NCBI GenBank assembly: GCA_964291495.2
Contig: OZ219871.1
Location: 800,001-864,000, forward strand
Direction: 5' to 3'
Length of the DNA stretch: 64,000 nt
From: Dehalococcoidia bacterium
GTDB lineage: Bacteria; Chloroflexota; Dehalococcoidia; UBA2979
Below the pieces are notes generated by a model. It saw only the letters and a list, made by a program, of their open reading frames with translations, did not search any database and was not told the DNA's origin. Made by a program: the position numbers and the translations under genes. Of the stretch, positions 55,422-64,000 are shown piece by piece (within the stretch, counting starts at the first letter, position 1; every line of letters starts with the position of its first letter).

Positions 55422-56407
55422 GAGGCAGCCTCCTCTGTGGTGGCGGCGAGGGCTTCGAGGTCGAGGGCTCGAATGCGCGGCTCAAACGCACTGTGGAACC
55501 TAGGGAGCAGTTCGACAGCCCACTGCTTGAACTCTTCGAGCTCCTCGGGCGGCGAGCCGATGGTGCCGGGTCGGCCAGCGAACACCCGTGAAGCGAGGCG
55601 ATCGTAGTTGTGGCGGTCCCACTCCAATGGCTGCCCGACTTCGGTATCGACGGCGTCTTGCTCCTCACGGAGTCGATCAAAGGCTGCCTCGTTGACGGCG
55701 CGGCTGGCCGTCTCAATCACCATCTCGACTTCAAAGTGCTTCCGCTGAAACGTCGTGGCAAGCCGGAAACTAGTGTGCCCGATTCGTGGGAATGTGATGA
55801 ACGCGCCACGGCGAGCACGCGGCGGGGGAAACGCCGGACTCGCAGCACGGAGGCGTCGCAGCAAGTCATCGTTGAACTCACGGAAGCCGGATTGGCCTTC
55901 GTCCGATCGTGCAGCCGTACGCCGGAGGTCTCTCTGGAACTCGCTGGGCTCGGCAACGACGCTGAAGCGCGGTGCGGGCAACGAGTCGCCGATCCGCCAC
56001 ACCTCTACTTCAACCGCGAAGAACGCGACCGCCTCGCTTGTTCGCTCGTTGAGCCAGTGGACCGCTTCGCGGTGCTCATCACGGACATCCGGACTTATCC
56101 AGACCACGATCCTTGCGTCGAGGCCAGCCGCGTAGGCGAGCAACTGGCCGAGATGTGCATGGTCAGTGCGCTCTAGTTGGTTCTCGACGATGACGACGCG
56201 ATCGCTGTCCGAGACCTTGCCGAGGATGTCAAGGCTGAACGCCCCGACCGCCGCTTCGGTCTGCGTGACCTCGATGTCCAGCCCGAGCGCCTCGCCGAGC
56301 GAATCGATGTGCTCTGCCAGCCACGGCGTGAAGTCGCTCGCCTCGTTGGGCCAGACCTTGCGCGGGTTTACGTTCTCGATGCTGCCAAGTTCCGGCTCTA
56401 CCATCAC
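55418..56407 (-). CDS. PD-(D/E)XK-like nuclease domain + DUF4268-like domain
   Basis: [10 protein letters not shown]...LDIL...[21 protein letters not shown]. Confidence 0.8.
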   Translation of the reverse strand: MMVEPELGSIENVNPRKVWPNEASDFTPWLAEHIDSLGEALGLDIEVTQTEAAVGAFSLDILGKVSDSDRVVIVENQLERTDHAHLGQLLAYAAGLDARIVVWISPDVRDEHREAVHWLNERTSEAVAFFAVEVEVWRIGDSLPAPRFSVVAEPSEFQRDLRRTAARSDEGQSGFREFNDDLLRRLRAASPAFPPPRARRGAFITFPRIGHTSFRLATTFQRKHFEVEMVIETASRAVNEAAFDRLREEQDAVDTEVGQPLEWDRHNYDRLASRVFAGRPGTIGSPPEELEEFKQWAVELLPRFHSAFEPRIRALDLEALAATTEEAAS

Positions 56408-57942
56408 ACCCTCCCCGCCGCATATCTTCGCAGCGCAGCCACGAGGGCGTCGACCGAGGCGTGGTCGGCGACGGCCTGCGGGGGCAGGCCCGCCTCGACC
56501 GCGGCCTCGGCGGTCTGCGGGCCGATGCAGGCGACGACGGCGGCTCGCAAGGCGTCGAGGTCGCCGCCGAGCAGCGTGGCGAGGTTGCGCACGGTGGAGG
56601 AGGAGGTGAACGTCACCGCCTCGATCTCGCCGGCGTGCAGCGCGGCCAGCACTTCCGGTGGCGGGTCGGCCGGCGGCGCCGCGAGGTAGAGCGTGACCTC
56701 GTCGACCGAGGCGCCCCCTGCACGCAGGCGCTCGACCAGCGCCGGGTCGGCGCGCTCGGCGCGCGGCACGAGCACGCGCGCGCCCTCGATGCCTCGCTCC
56801 AGCAGCGCGTCCGCGACGCCCGTGCCGCTCGCGCGCTCCGGCAGCAGGTCCGGCGACAGCCCGTGCGCCTCGAGGGCGCGCGCCGTCGCAGCGCCGACGG
56901 CGGCGATACTCGCCCCGGCGAAGAGCCGCGCGTCTTGGCCCGCCTCGCGCACGAGGTCGAACCAGGCCTCGACGGCGTTGCCGGAGGTGAAGGCGACCCA
57001 GTCGTAGTCGCCCTCACGCAGCGCCTCGATGGCGGCTCGCACGGCCTCTGGGTCGGCGCGGCGCGAGATCTCGATCGCGGGCAGCAGCACGGGCTCGGCG
57101 CCCTCGGCGCGCAGCGCCTCGGCGAGGCTCGAGGCCTGGCGGCGCGTGCGCGTGACCAGCACCCGCCAGCCCGCCAGCGGGCGGCGCAGCGCCGGCGCGA
57201 GCCGCTCGCGCAGTGCGACCACCTCGCCGACGACGAGCAGCGCGGGGGGCTGCACCCCGGCCTCGCGCGCCGCCTCGGCGATGCAATCGAGCCGCGCCTC
57301 AACGACGCGCTGGCGCGGCGTCGTTGCCTCGACGATCAGCGCGCTCGGCGTCGCGGGCGGGCGGCCGCCCTCGATCAGCGCGCGGGCGATGCCCTCGAGG
57401 CGGCCGACGCCCATCAGCACGACGAGCGTGTCGACCGCCGTGGCGAGCTCCGCCCAGCGCACCTGCGCGGCGGGCTTGGTGGGGTCCTCGTGGCCGGTGA
57501 CGACGGCGAAGCTGGCGGCGACGCCGCGGTGGGTGACGGGGATGCCGGCCGCCGCGACGCCCCCGATCGCTGAGGTCACGCCCGGCACGACGGTCGCCTC
57601 GAGGCCCGCGTCCGCGAGCGCCTCGAGCTCCTCGCCGCCGCGCCCGAAGACGAAGGGGTCGCCACCCTTGAGGCGCACGACGCGCCTGCCCGCGCGGGCC
57701 TGGGCGACGAGCGCGGCGTTGATCTCGTCCTGCGTCATTGCCGAGCCGCCGGGCGCCTTGCCTGCGTCGATCAGCTCCGCCTCGGAGGCGCACTCCGCAA
57801 GCAGCTCGGCAGTTCCGAGGCGGTCGTACAGCACGACCTCGGCCTGGCGCAGCGCCTCGAGGCCTCCCTGCGTCACGAGACCGGGGTCGCCGGGCCCCGC
57901 GCCGATCAGCCAGACGTGTCCGGCCTCGCCCCCCGCGCTCAT
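56404..57942 (-). CDS. cobA: Uroporphyrinogen-III C-methyltransferase/synthase fusion (CobA-HemD)
   Basis: GAGPGDPGL, RLKGGDPFVFGRGGEE; C-terminal VLVTR, FTS.NAV, IGPQTA. Confidence 0.93.
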   Translation of the reverse strand: MSAGGEAGHVWLIGAGPGDPGLVTQGGLEALRQAEVVLYDRLGTAELLAECASEAELIDAGKAPGGSAMTQDEINAALVAQARAGRRVVRLKGGDPFVFGRGGEELEALADAGLEATVVPGVTSAIGGVAAAGIPVTHRGVAASFAVVTGHEDPTKPAAQVRWAELATAVDTLVVLMGVGRLEGIARALIEGGRPPATPSALIVEATTPRQRVVEARLDCIAEAAREAGVQPPALLVVGEVVALRERLAPALRRPLAGWRVLVTRTRRQASSLAEALRAEGAEPVLLPAIEISRRADPEAVRAAIEALREGDYDWVAFTSGNAVEAWFDLVREAGQDARLFAGASIAAVGAATARALEAHGLSPDLLPERASGTGVADALLERGIEGARVLVPRAERADPALVERLRAGGASVDEVTLYLAAPPADPPPEVLAALHAGEIEAVTFTSSSTVRNLATLLGGDLDALRAAVVACIGPQTAEAAVEAGLPPQAVADHASVDALVAALRRYAAGRV

Positions 57943-58849
57943 CGCGCGCCGTCCTCGGTGACACCCCCGGCGCCAAGCTGCGCCGCGAGGCCGCGGCCGA
58001 GCGCCTCGGCTTCGTCCGCCGGTCCGGCGGCGTCGCCGAAGCTCGCCCCTTCGCCGTCCTCGTCGCCGATCATGGCGCGCAGGGCGAGCAGGCCGTCGGC
58101 GATCTGCGCGTAGGCGCCGACGGGCACGGAGCAGCCGCTGCCCAGCTCGGCGAGGACGCCGCGCTCGGCCTCGACGGCCGCGCGCGTGGCGGCGTCGTCG
58201 ATGCCCGCCAGCAGCTCGCGCGTCGCCGCGTCGTCGCTGCGGCACTGCACGGCGAGCGCGCCCTGCCCGGGTGAGGGCAGGAACTCCATCGGCTCGAACA
58301 GCTGCGTCGCCTCCTCGAGCCGTTCGAGGCGCGCGAGGCCGGCCGCCGCGAGCACGACGGCGTCGTACTCGCCGCTCTCCACCTTGCCGAGGCGGGTGTC
58401 GACGTTGCCGCGGATCGGGCGACCTCGATGTCCGGGCGCAGCGCGCGGAGCAGCAGCGCCCGCCGCCGCGATCCGCTGCCCACGCGCGCCCCCGAGGGCA
58501 GCTCGGCGAGCCGCCGCCCGCCCGAGGCGACGAGGGCGTCGCGAGCGTCGGCGCGCGGCAGGATCGCGGCCAGTGTCAGCTCCTCGATGGCGGCGGTCGG
58601 CACGTCCTTGAGCGAGTGCACGGCGATCTCTGCCCGACCGTCGAGCAGGGCCTGCTCGACCGCCCGCACGAAGACGCCGCGCCCGCCGATCGCCGTGAGC
58701 GGCGAATCGCGGTCGATGTCGCCCTCGGTGCGGACGCGCACGAGCTCGATCTCGATGCCGGGGTGGCGGTCGCGGAGGGCGTCGGCGACGAGCTCGCTCT
58801 GCGCGAGCGCCAGGCGCGATCCGCGCGTGGCGAGGCGCAGCCGCGTCAA
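57939..58849 (-). CDS. hemC: Hydroxymethylbilane synthase; 1-nt frameshift near 58418 (likely sequencing error)
   Basis: ATRGSRLALAQ, VHSLKDVP, then RGNVDTRL and GCSVP in another frame; one extra C restores VAPIRGNVDTR. Confidence 0.9.
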
Positions 58850-60138
58850 GGCGCCGCTGGCGGGTCCGCCGGCTCGTCGAGGCGGAAGAGATGCCGGACC
58901 GCGTCCACGTAGACGTCGCGGTCGCCGCGCTCGCGCAGGGCCGCGATCGGGTCGTGCAGGATGCGGCGCACCAGCGCCTTGGTCATCGCCTCGACGCGCT
59001 CGCGCTCGCCATCGTCGAGGTCGAGCCGCCGCAGGGTGCGCTCCAGCTCGCCTTGCCGCAGCTGCTCTGCCCGCTCGCTGAGCGCGGCAATCGTCGGCGC
59101 GACCTGGAGGTGCTCCCACCATTCGAGGAAGCGCCCCGTCTCCTCCTCGACGAGCCGCTCGACGGCCTGCACCTCTGCGGCGCGCGCGTGCGCGTGGGTG
59201 GCGGCGATCTCCTGCAGGTCGTCGATGTCGCGGTAGGTCACGCCGGGGATAGCGGCGACGCTGGGATCGCAGGCGCGCGGCACACCGATGTCGATGATCA
59301 GCTGCGGGGCGCCCTCGCGGCGCACGAGCGCACTCGCGACGCGGCCGCTGTTCAGCACGGGCTCCGGCGCATCGGTGGCGGCGATCACGACGTCGGCCGC
59401 GGACAGCTCCGCGCCGAGGCTGCCGTACGGCACGCTGCGCCCGCCGAGCTCCTCGGCGAGCGCCTCCGCGCGCGACTCGGTGCGGTTGCTGACGGCGATC
59501 GAGCCGATGCCGTGGTCGACGAGCGAGGCGGCGGCCAGCCTCCCCGCCTCGCCGGCCCCGACGACGAGCACGGCCGCGCCGGCCGGGTCGGCGGTGAGCT
59601 CGCGCGCCTGCTGCGCGGCGATCGAGGAGATCGACAGCGCGCCGTGCCCGATCGCGGTCTCCGTGCGCGCGCGGCGTCCGAGGCGGATGGCGGTGTGGAA
59701 GAGCCGCGAGAGCAGCGCCGTGTCGGCTCCGGCCGCGACCGTCGCCGCGAACGAGGACCGCACCTGCCCGAGGATCTCGGACTCGCCGATCACCATCGAG
59801 TCGATCCCCGCGGCGACGGCGTAGAGGTGGCTGACCGCCTCGGCGTCCCGGCGCGGCAGCAGGTAGCGCTCGCCGAGGTCCGGTTCGGCCCCGGCGGCCT
59901 CGCAGAGGAAGCCCGTCAACTCCTCGGGTGCTTGCTCGCCGGGCACGTAGAGCTCGAGGCGGTTGCAGGTGGCGACGATCGCGCCAGAGCCGAAACGCTC
60001 GGCCACTTCGTGGCGGACGTCCGGCAGTGCCTCCGCGGTGATCGCGAAGCGCTCGCGCACGGACAGCGGCGCGTTGCGGTGGCTGACGCCGACCATCGTG
60101 AGCATCGCGGCCTGGCCCTCGGTTCGTTCGGCGGTCAT
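58846..60138 (-). CDS. hemA: Glutamyl-tRNA reductase
   Basis: TCNRLE, GIDSMVIGESEILGQV, GAGEAG, DIGVPR. Confidence 0.96.
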   Translation of the reverse strand: MTAERTEGQAAMLTMVGVSHRNAPLSVRERFAITAEALPDVRHEVAERFGSGAIVATCNRLELYVPGEQAPEELTGFLCEAAGAEPDLGERYLLPRRDAEAVSHLYAVAAGIDSMVIGESEILGQVRSSFAATVAAGADTALLSRLFHTAIRLGRRARTETAIGHGALSISSIAAQQARELTADPAGAAVLVVGAGEAGRLAAASLVDHGIGSIAVSNRTESRAEALAEELGGRSVPYGSLGAELSAADVVIAATDAPEPVLNSGRVASALVRREGAPQLIIDIGVPRACDPSVAAIPGVTYRDIDDLQEIAATHAHARAAEVQAVERLVEEETGRFLEWWEHLQVAPTIAALSERAEQLRQGELERTLRRLDLDDGERERVEAMTKALVRRILHDPIAALRERGDRDVYVDAVRHLFRLDEPADPPAAP

Positions 60139-60881
60139 GCCGGCTGTCCTTGCCACTCCGGGATCGCGAGCGGCCGGTCGAGGCCGAGCGACGCCACGAG
60201 GCGCGCGCGTGCGGCTTCGTACTCGCCGGCGCGCAGCAGCGATCGCAGGTCGTCGTCGATCGCGGCCTGCCATGTGTCGTTGCTGATGCGGTTCGGGCAG
60301 GCCTCGCAGAGTAGCGGGGGAGGCGGTCGCGTGCGGTCGCAGCTCGCGGCGCACTCGCGGTCACGCTCGCGGGCCTGCACGCGCACCTCGGCGAGCAGGT
60401 CGCCGAGCGCCGCCACCTCGTCGCTCAGGAACTCCTCGAGGCGCTCGCGCAGCCAGCGCGCCAGCGCGGGGCTCGCCCCGCCCGTCGAGGCGGCGAGGGC
60501 GATGCGCCCGCGCTTCGCGAGCGAGGGCAGGATGAAGTCGCAGTTCGCCGCGTCGTCGGCGGCGTTGACCCAGATGCCGAGCTCGCGCGCCTCGGCGGCG
60601 ATGCCAGCGTTCACGGCGCCGTCGTCGGTGGCGATCATCACCACCTCGAAGCCGCGCACGTCACCCGCCTCGTAGACGCGGGGGAGCCACGTCGCGCTGC
60701 CGCGATCGACGACCTCGCGCACGGGCGGGATCAGGTCGGGCGCGACGATGGTCACGTCCGCGCCGGCGTCGACGAGCTTGCCGAGCTTCTCGTCGGCGAC
60801 ACGGCCGCCGCCGACCAGCAGCACGCGCCGCCCTTCCATCTCCACGAAGATCGGGTAGTAGCCCACGCTAATCTTGCCCAT
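60135..60881 (-). CDS. Precorrin-2 dehydrogenase/sirohydrochlorin ferrochelatase (SirC/CysG-N)
   Basis: YYPIF...VGGGRVA..K, NAADD...CDF..P, STGGASPALA. Confidence 0.9.
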   Translation of the reverse strand: MGKISVGYYPIFVEMEGRRVLLVGGGRVADEKLGKLVDAGADVTIVAPDLIPPVREVVDRGSATWLPRVYEAGDVRGFEVVMIATDDGAVNAGIAAEARELGIWVNAADDAANCDFILPSLAKRGRIALAASTGGASPALARWLRERLEEFLSDEVAALGDLLAEVRVQARERDRECAASCDRTRPPPPLLCEACPNRISNDTWQAAIDDDLRSLLRAGEYEAARARLVASLGLDRPLAIPEWQGQPA

Positions 60882-61506
60882 CGTCGTAGGCGGCGCTGAC
60901 ACCGAGCAGGACGCGGTCGGCGAGGCCGCCGATGCGTTCCCGGGCGTCGGCGGCCTCGCGCGCGTCCATGCGGTTGCGCTCCGCCATCTGCTTCGCGGTC
61001 TCGTCGAGCGAGCGGCGGAAGAACGTGAACGCCTCCATCGCCCGCAGCAGCGGCGTATCGCGCTCGACCAGCAGTTCGCCGTAGTGGCGGCCGATCTCGT
61101 CGACCTCGTGCTCGATCTCGGCGCGCGGGCGGCGCCCCGCGATGTACTCGCCAACCAGCTCGACGAGACGGCGTCCGAGGGGGCGCAGCGCCTCGCGCTC
61201 GGACTCCTCGATCTCCTGGTACCAGCCGGTCCCGCCACGCCCGGCGTGCAGCTTGCGGCGGATCTGCGAGACGGCGGCGCTGCGGAGGTCGCCCGCAGGG
61301 TTCTCGCGCGTCAGCGAGAGCAGGTCCTCCTCGGCGAAGCGGCGGTGGCCGCCGGGCGTGCGGAAGCAGCGGATCTGGCCAGAGTCCGCCCAGCGGCGCA
61401 CGGTCGACTGGTTGACGCCGAGGATCTCGCAGGCCCGGCCGAGGTTGACCCAGTTCGGCCCGGATCGCTGCCCGGAGCGCGCTGCTGCGTCCTGGTTCGA
61501 TACCAC
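60868..61506 (-). CDS. MerR/excisionase-like HTH regulator with a helical C-terminal domain
   Basis: ACEILGVNQSTVRRWADSG...RTPGGHRRF; heads the heme operon. Confidence 0.8.
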   Translation of the reverse strand: MVSNQDAAARSGQRSGPNWVNLGRACEILGVNQSTVRRWADSGQIRCFRTPGGHRRFAEEDLLSLTRENPAGDLRSAAVSQIRRKLHAGRGGTGWYQEIEESEREALRPLGRRLVELVGEYIAGRRPRAEIEHEVDEIGRHYGELLVERDTPLLRAMEAFTFFRRSLDETAKQMAERNRMDAREAADARERIGGLADRVLLGVSAAYDDGQD

Positions 61507-61653
61507 GCAAATCTACCTGTCTAAGGCGAAGACCTGAGAGGTTTTCGTTTCGGCGACCGTAGGGTAGCAACGATGCACGGTAGGTACGAACGCCCGCCCG
61601 CCACGTCGGAAGGTTTGCGCAGGTTCGGAGCGCCCTCGGCGGTCCCGCCCCGC

Positions 61654-62844
61654 CTACTCGCGATGGTCCTTACGCCCTCGCCGCAGCCCGCGACGCACCG
61701 CCTCGCCCCCGTAGCGGCCGCGGATCGTATCGATCGCGAGATCGACGCTGGCGGCGCGGAGCGACTCGTCGTCGTCGAAGCCGAGCTGGACGGCGTCCTC
61801 GACGAGGTTCGAGGCGCCGAGGCCGATCAGCCGGACGGGCCGCATCCGCTCGCGCGAGAGCAGCTCGTCGAGTAGCGCGACGCCGACGCTGGACAGCTCG
61901 TCCGTCAGCTGCACGGGCTGCGCGACCGTGCGGCTGCGCGTCAGTGTCGTGAAGTCCGACCAGCGCAGCTTGAGCGTGACCGTGCGTGCCCGGCGGCCCT
62001 GCCGCCGCAGGTCGGCGCCGACGCGCTCGGCGTGCGCGCGCAGCGTGCGGCGCAGCTCATCGAGGTCGCTGACGTCCTCCTCGAAGGTGACTTCGCGCGA
62101 GATCGAGCGCGCGCCGCGGCGGCCGTCGCCGACCGGGGCCGCGTCGACGCCGCGCGCGCGGTCGGCGAGCAGCAACCCGGCCTTGCCGAAGCGCCGCTCC
62201 AGCCAGCGCGGGTCGAGGGCGGCCGCGTCGCCGATCGTGCGCACGCCGAGCGCCGTGAGTTGCTCGCCGAAGCGCGGCCCGACGAGCGGCAGGTCGCGCA
62301 GCGGCAGCGGCGCGAGGAACTCCGCATCCCCGCCCGGGGGCACCTCGAGCAGCCCGTCCGGCTTGGCGCGGTCGCTGCCGACCTTCGCAGTGGTGCGCGA
62401 GCCGGCGATGCAGGCGGAAACGGGCAGGTCCAGCTCGTCGCGGGTGCGCTCGCGGACGCGCTCAGCGGCAGCCCGCGCGCCCGTGCCGCCCTCGCCGAGG
62501 CCGGTCAGGTCCGCGTACGCCTCGTCGATGCCGCCCGGTTCGACGATCGGTGCGCAGTCGCGAAGGATCTCGTGGAAGGCGCGCGAGCAGGCGCTGTAGC
62601 GCTCGAAGTCGGGCGGGACGACGATCGCCTCGGGGCAGAGTCGCAACGCCTGCGACATCGGCTGCGCCGAGTGGCAGCCGTACTCGCGCGACTCGTACGA
62701 GGCGCTGGCGACGACCCCGCGCCCACCCCGCCCGCCGACGAGCACCGGCTTGCCTCGCAGCGAGGGGTCGCGCGCCCGCTCGACGGACACGAAGAACGTA
62801 TCGAGGTCGAAGTGCGCGATGCGGCGCGGAAGCGAGCGCTCCAC
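61654..62844 (-). CDS. dinB: DNA polymerase IV
   Basis: HFDLDTFFVSVE, ASYE.R.YG, IDEAY, KPDG. Confidence 0.95.
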   Translation of the reverse strand: MERSLPRRIAHFDLDTFFVSVERARDPSLRGKPVLVGGRGGRGVVASASYESREYGCHSAQPMSQALRLCPEAIVVPPDFERYSACSRAFHEILRDCAPIVEPGGIDEAYADLTGLGEGGTGARAAAERVRERTRDELDLPVSACIAGSRTTAKVGSDRAKPDGLLEVPPGGDAEFLAPLPLRDLPLVGPRFGEQLTALGVRTIGDAAALDPRWLERRFGKAGLLLADRARGVDAAPVGDGRRGARSISREVTFEEDVSDLDELRRTLRAHAERVGADLRRQGRRARTVTLKLRWSDFTTLTRSRTVAQPVQLTDELSSVGVALLDELLSRERMRPVRLIGLGASNLVEDAVQLGFDDDESLRAASVDLAIDTIRGRYGGEAVRRGLRRGRKDHRE

Positions 62845-62917
62845 GGTTCACGTCCCTGTGTGGAGCGTAGCGCAGCGGCGGACCGAGGTGGGCATGCTCC
62901 CCCGAGGCCAATCCGCC

Positions 62918-63055
62918 CCCTCTCCCCGAGGGAGAGGGTGGGGGTGAGGGAGGCGCACGCCGGCGGTCCGAGGGGCAAGCTTCCGAGGGCGCGCCGAACC
63001 TCCCGAAACCCGATCCGGCACCCTCTCCCCTGGCGGGAGAGGGCGGGGGTGAGGG
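62918..63055. repeat. Two more REP-like palindromes of the same family (62918-62950, 63021-63055)
   Basis: CCCTCTCCC-N-GGGAGAGGG..GGGGTGAGGG. Confidence 0.8.
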
Positions 63056-63202
63056 GGAGCGGGCGCAGCCCGCCGCTTCGGCGCCCGCCGGGCAGCGAAT
63101 CAGCGGCGGCGCGGGTGCGGGCTCAAGGGGGTACGGGAGGAACTCGCGCGCGGGCGCTTTGGCGCGGGAGAGGTCAGGGCGCGGAGACTCGCGTGAGTGC
63201 GG

Positions 63203-63655
63203 CTAGAGGCCGCGCTTCGCGGGGACTGCTTCCTGCTCCATGGCATCGTCGGGGCCGTGGCCGTTGCCGCGCGGGGCCGCCTCGGTCTCCGTCTCGACCT
63301 CGACAACGTCGCCCTCGGCGGTGGCTTCGGCTTCGCTTGTGTCTTCGTCCTCGGCGTCGCCGCCGTTGGTCCAGGGCTCGCGCTCGTCCTTCTGGCCTCT
63401 GAGCTCCTCTTCGGTGAGGGAGGCGATCGCCTCCTCCTCGCTCTGGCCGTTGCGCAGCCGCCGCGCGATCGCGACGCCGGCGAGCACCACCAGCGAGGTG
63501 GAGACCGCCGCGCCGCCGGCGATGTACTTGTGGCGCTTCACCAGGTCCGGGAAGCGCTCGAGGCCGCGGTAGGCGAGCCGCACGGCATCCGTCGCCGTGC
63601 CCTGCAGGCGTTCGCCTCCGCTGGGATGCTTGAGTTCGTCGGGGAGCTTGCTCAT
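63203..63655 (-). CDS. Hypothetical single-TM protein with an acidic tail
   Basis: AGGAG RBS; one TM helix; Glu/Asp-rich C-terminus. Confidence 0.7.
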   Translation of the reverse strand: MSKLPDELKHPSGGERLQGTATDAVRLAYRGLERFPDLVKRHKYIAGGAAVSTSLVVLAGVAIARRLRNGQSEEEAIASLTEEELRGQKDEREPWTNGGDAEDEDTSEAEATAEGDVVEVETETEAAPRGNGHGPDDAMEQEAVPAKRGL

Positions 63656-63697
63656 GTCCAGTCTCCTGTGCCTGGGGCGCCGCGTCGGCGGCGGGCC

Positions 63698-64000
63698 TCA
63701 GCCGATCTTCCGGAACAGGTTCGCCATCTCGAGCGCTGCGCGCATGGCCTCGTCGCCCTTGTTGCCCGCGGATCCGCCGGAGCGGGCCCGTGCCTGCGCC
63801 ATGGTGTCGCAGGTGAGCACGCCGAAGGCTACGGGCAGATTGAATTCCTGCGACACCATCGTAAGCCCTCGCGCCGCCTCGCTGCACACATAATCGAAGT
63901 GCGGCGTCTCGCCGCGCACGACCGCACCGAGGCAGACGATCGCGTCGTAGCCCCCCGCGCTCGCCAGCCTGCGCGCCGCCTGCGGCAACTCGAACGCGCC
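63698..64000 (-). CDS. ribH: 6,7-dimethyl-8-ribityllumazine synthase, 3' part (5' end outside the window)
   Basis: [30 protein letters not shown]. Confidence 0.95.
   Translation of the reverse strand, partial: GAFELPQAARRLASAGGYDAIVCLGAVVRGETPHFDYVCSEAARGLTMVSQEFNLPVAFGVLTCDTMAQARARSGGSAGNKGDEAMRAALEMANLFRKIG

Noticed and set aside
58405-58430. hemC frameshift as programmed frameshifting or a pseudogene
   Set aside because: Single missing base in a short C run of a housekeeping gene within an intact operon; sequencing error is most likely
1-64000. tRNA/rRNA genes or a tRNA integration target
   Set aside because: None recognised by eye; the att duplication maps to dnaN

Overview
GC-rich bacterial window. 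The lineage is probably Chloroflexota/Dehalococcoidia, inferred from the DnaN C-terminus and gene style and not verified. About 47.5 kb (~3195-50727) is an integrative conjugative element inserted by a large serine recombinase into the last codons of dnaN. A synonymous copy of the dnaN 3' end (MPMFVQW*) marks the left junction. The element carries a left defence island (Zn-ribbon/HEPN, MORC-GHKL-histidine kinase + receiver + DUF2290-like + m6A MTase operon, MTase + PaeR7I/XhoI-like REase, TIR + membrane effector), a leading/replication module (helicase, MTase, RadC, SSB, Rad52/Sak, primase), a Gram-positive-type T4SS with a Replic_Relax relaxase, an XRE/Cro switch, and a RAMA-McrBC-like pair. 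Two hidden recombination-driven switches stand out. (1) A ~1.55 kb segment containing a tyrosine recombinase is flanked by inverted dif-like 11-6-11 sites; flipping it would fuse a promoter+RBS+ATG in frame to a 1650-aa secreted dikinase/Ig-repeat protein. (2) The crossover site lies inside the integrase 3' end, so excision would give the integrase a 30-aa C-terminal tail that is absent in the integrated state. The right flank is housekeeping (dnaN, heme operon, dinB, ribH). All family calls come from motif reading only; no searches were run.
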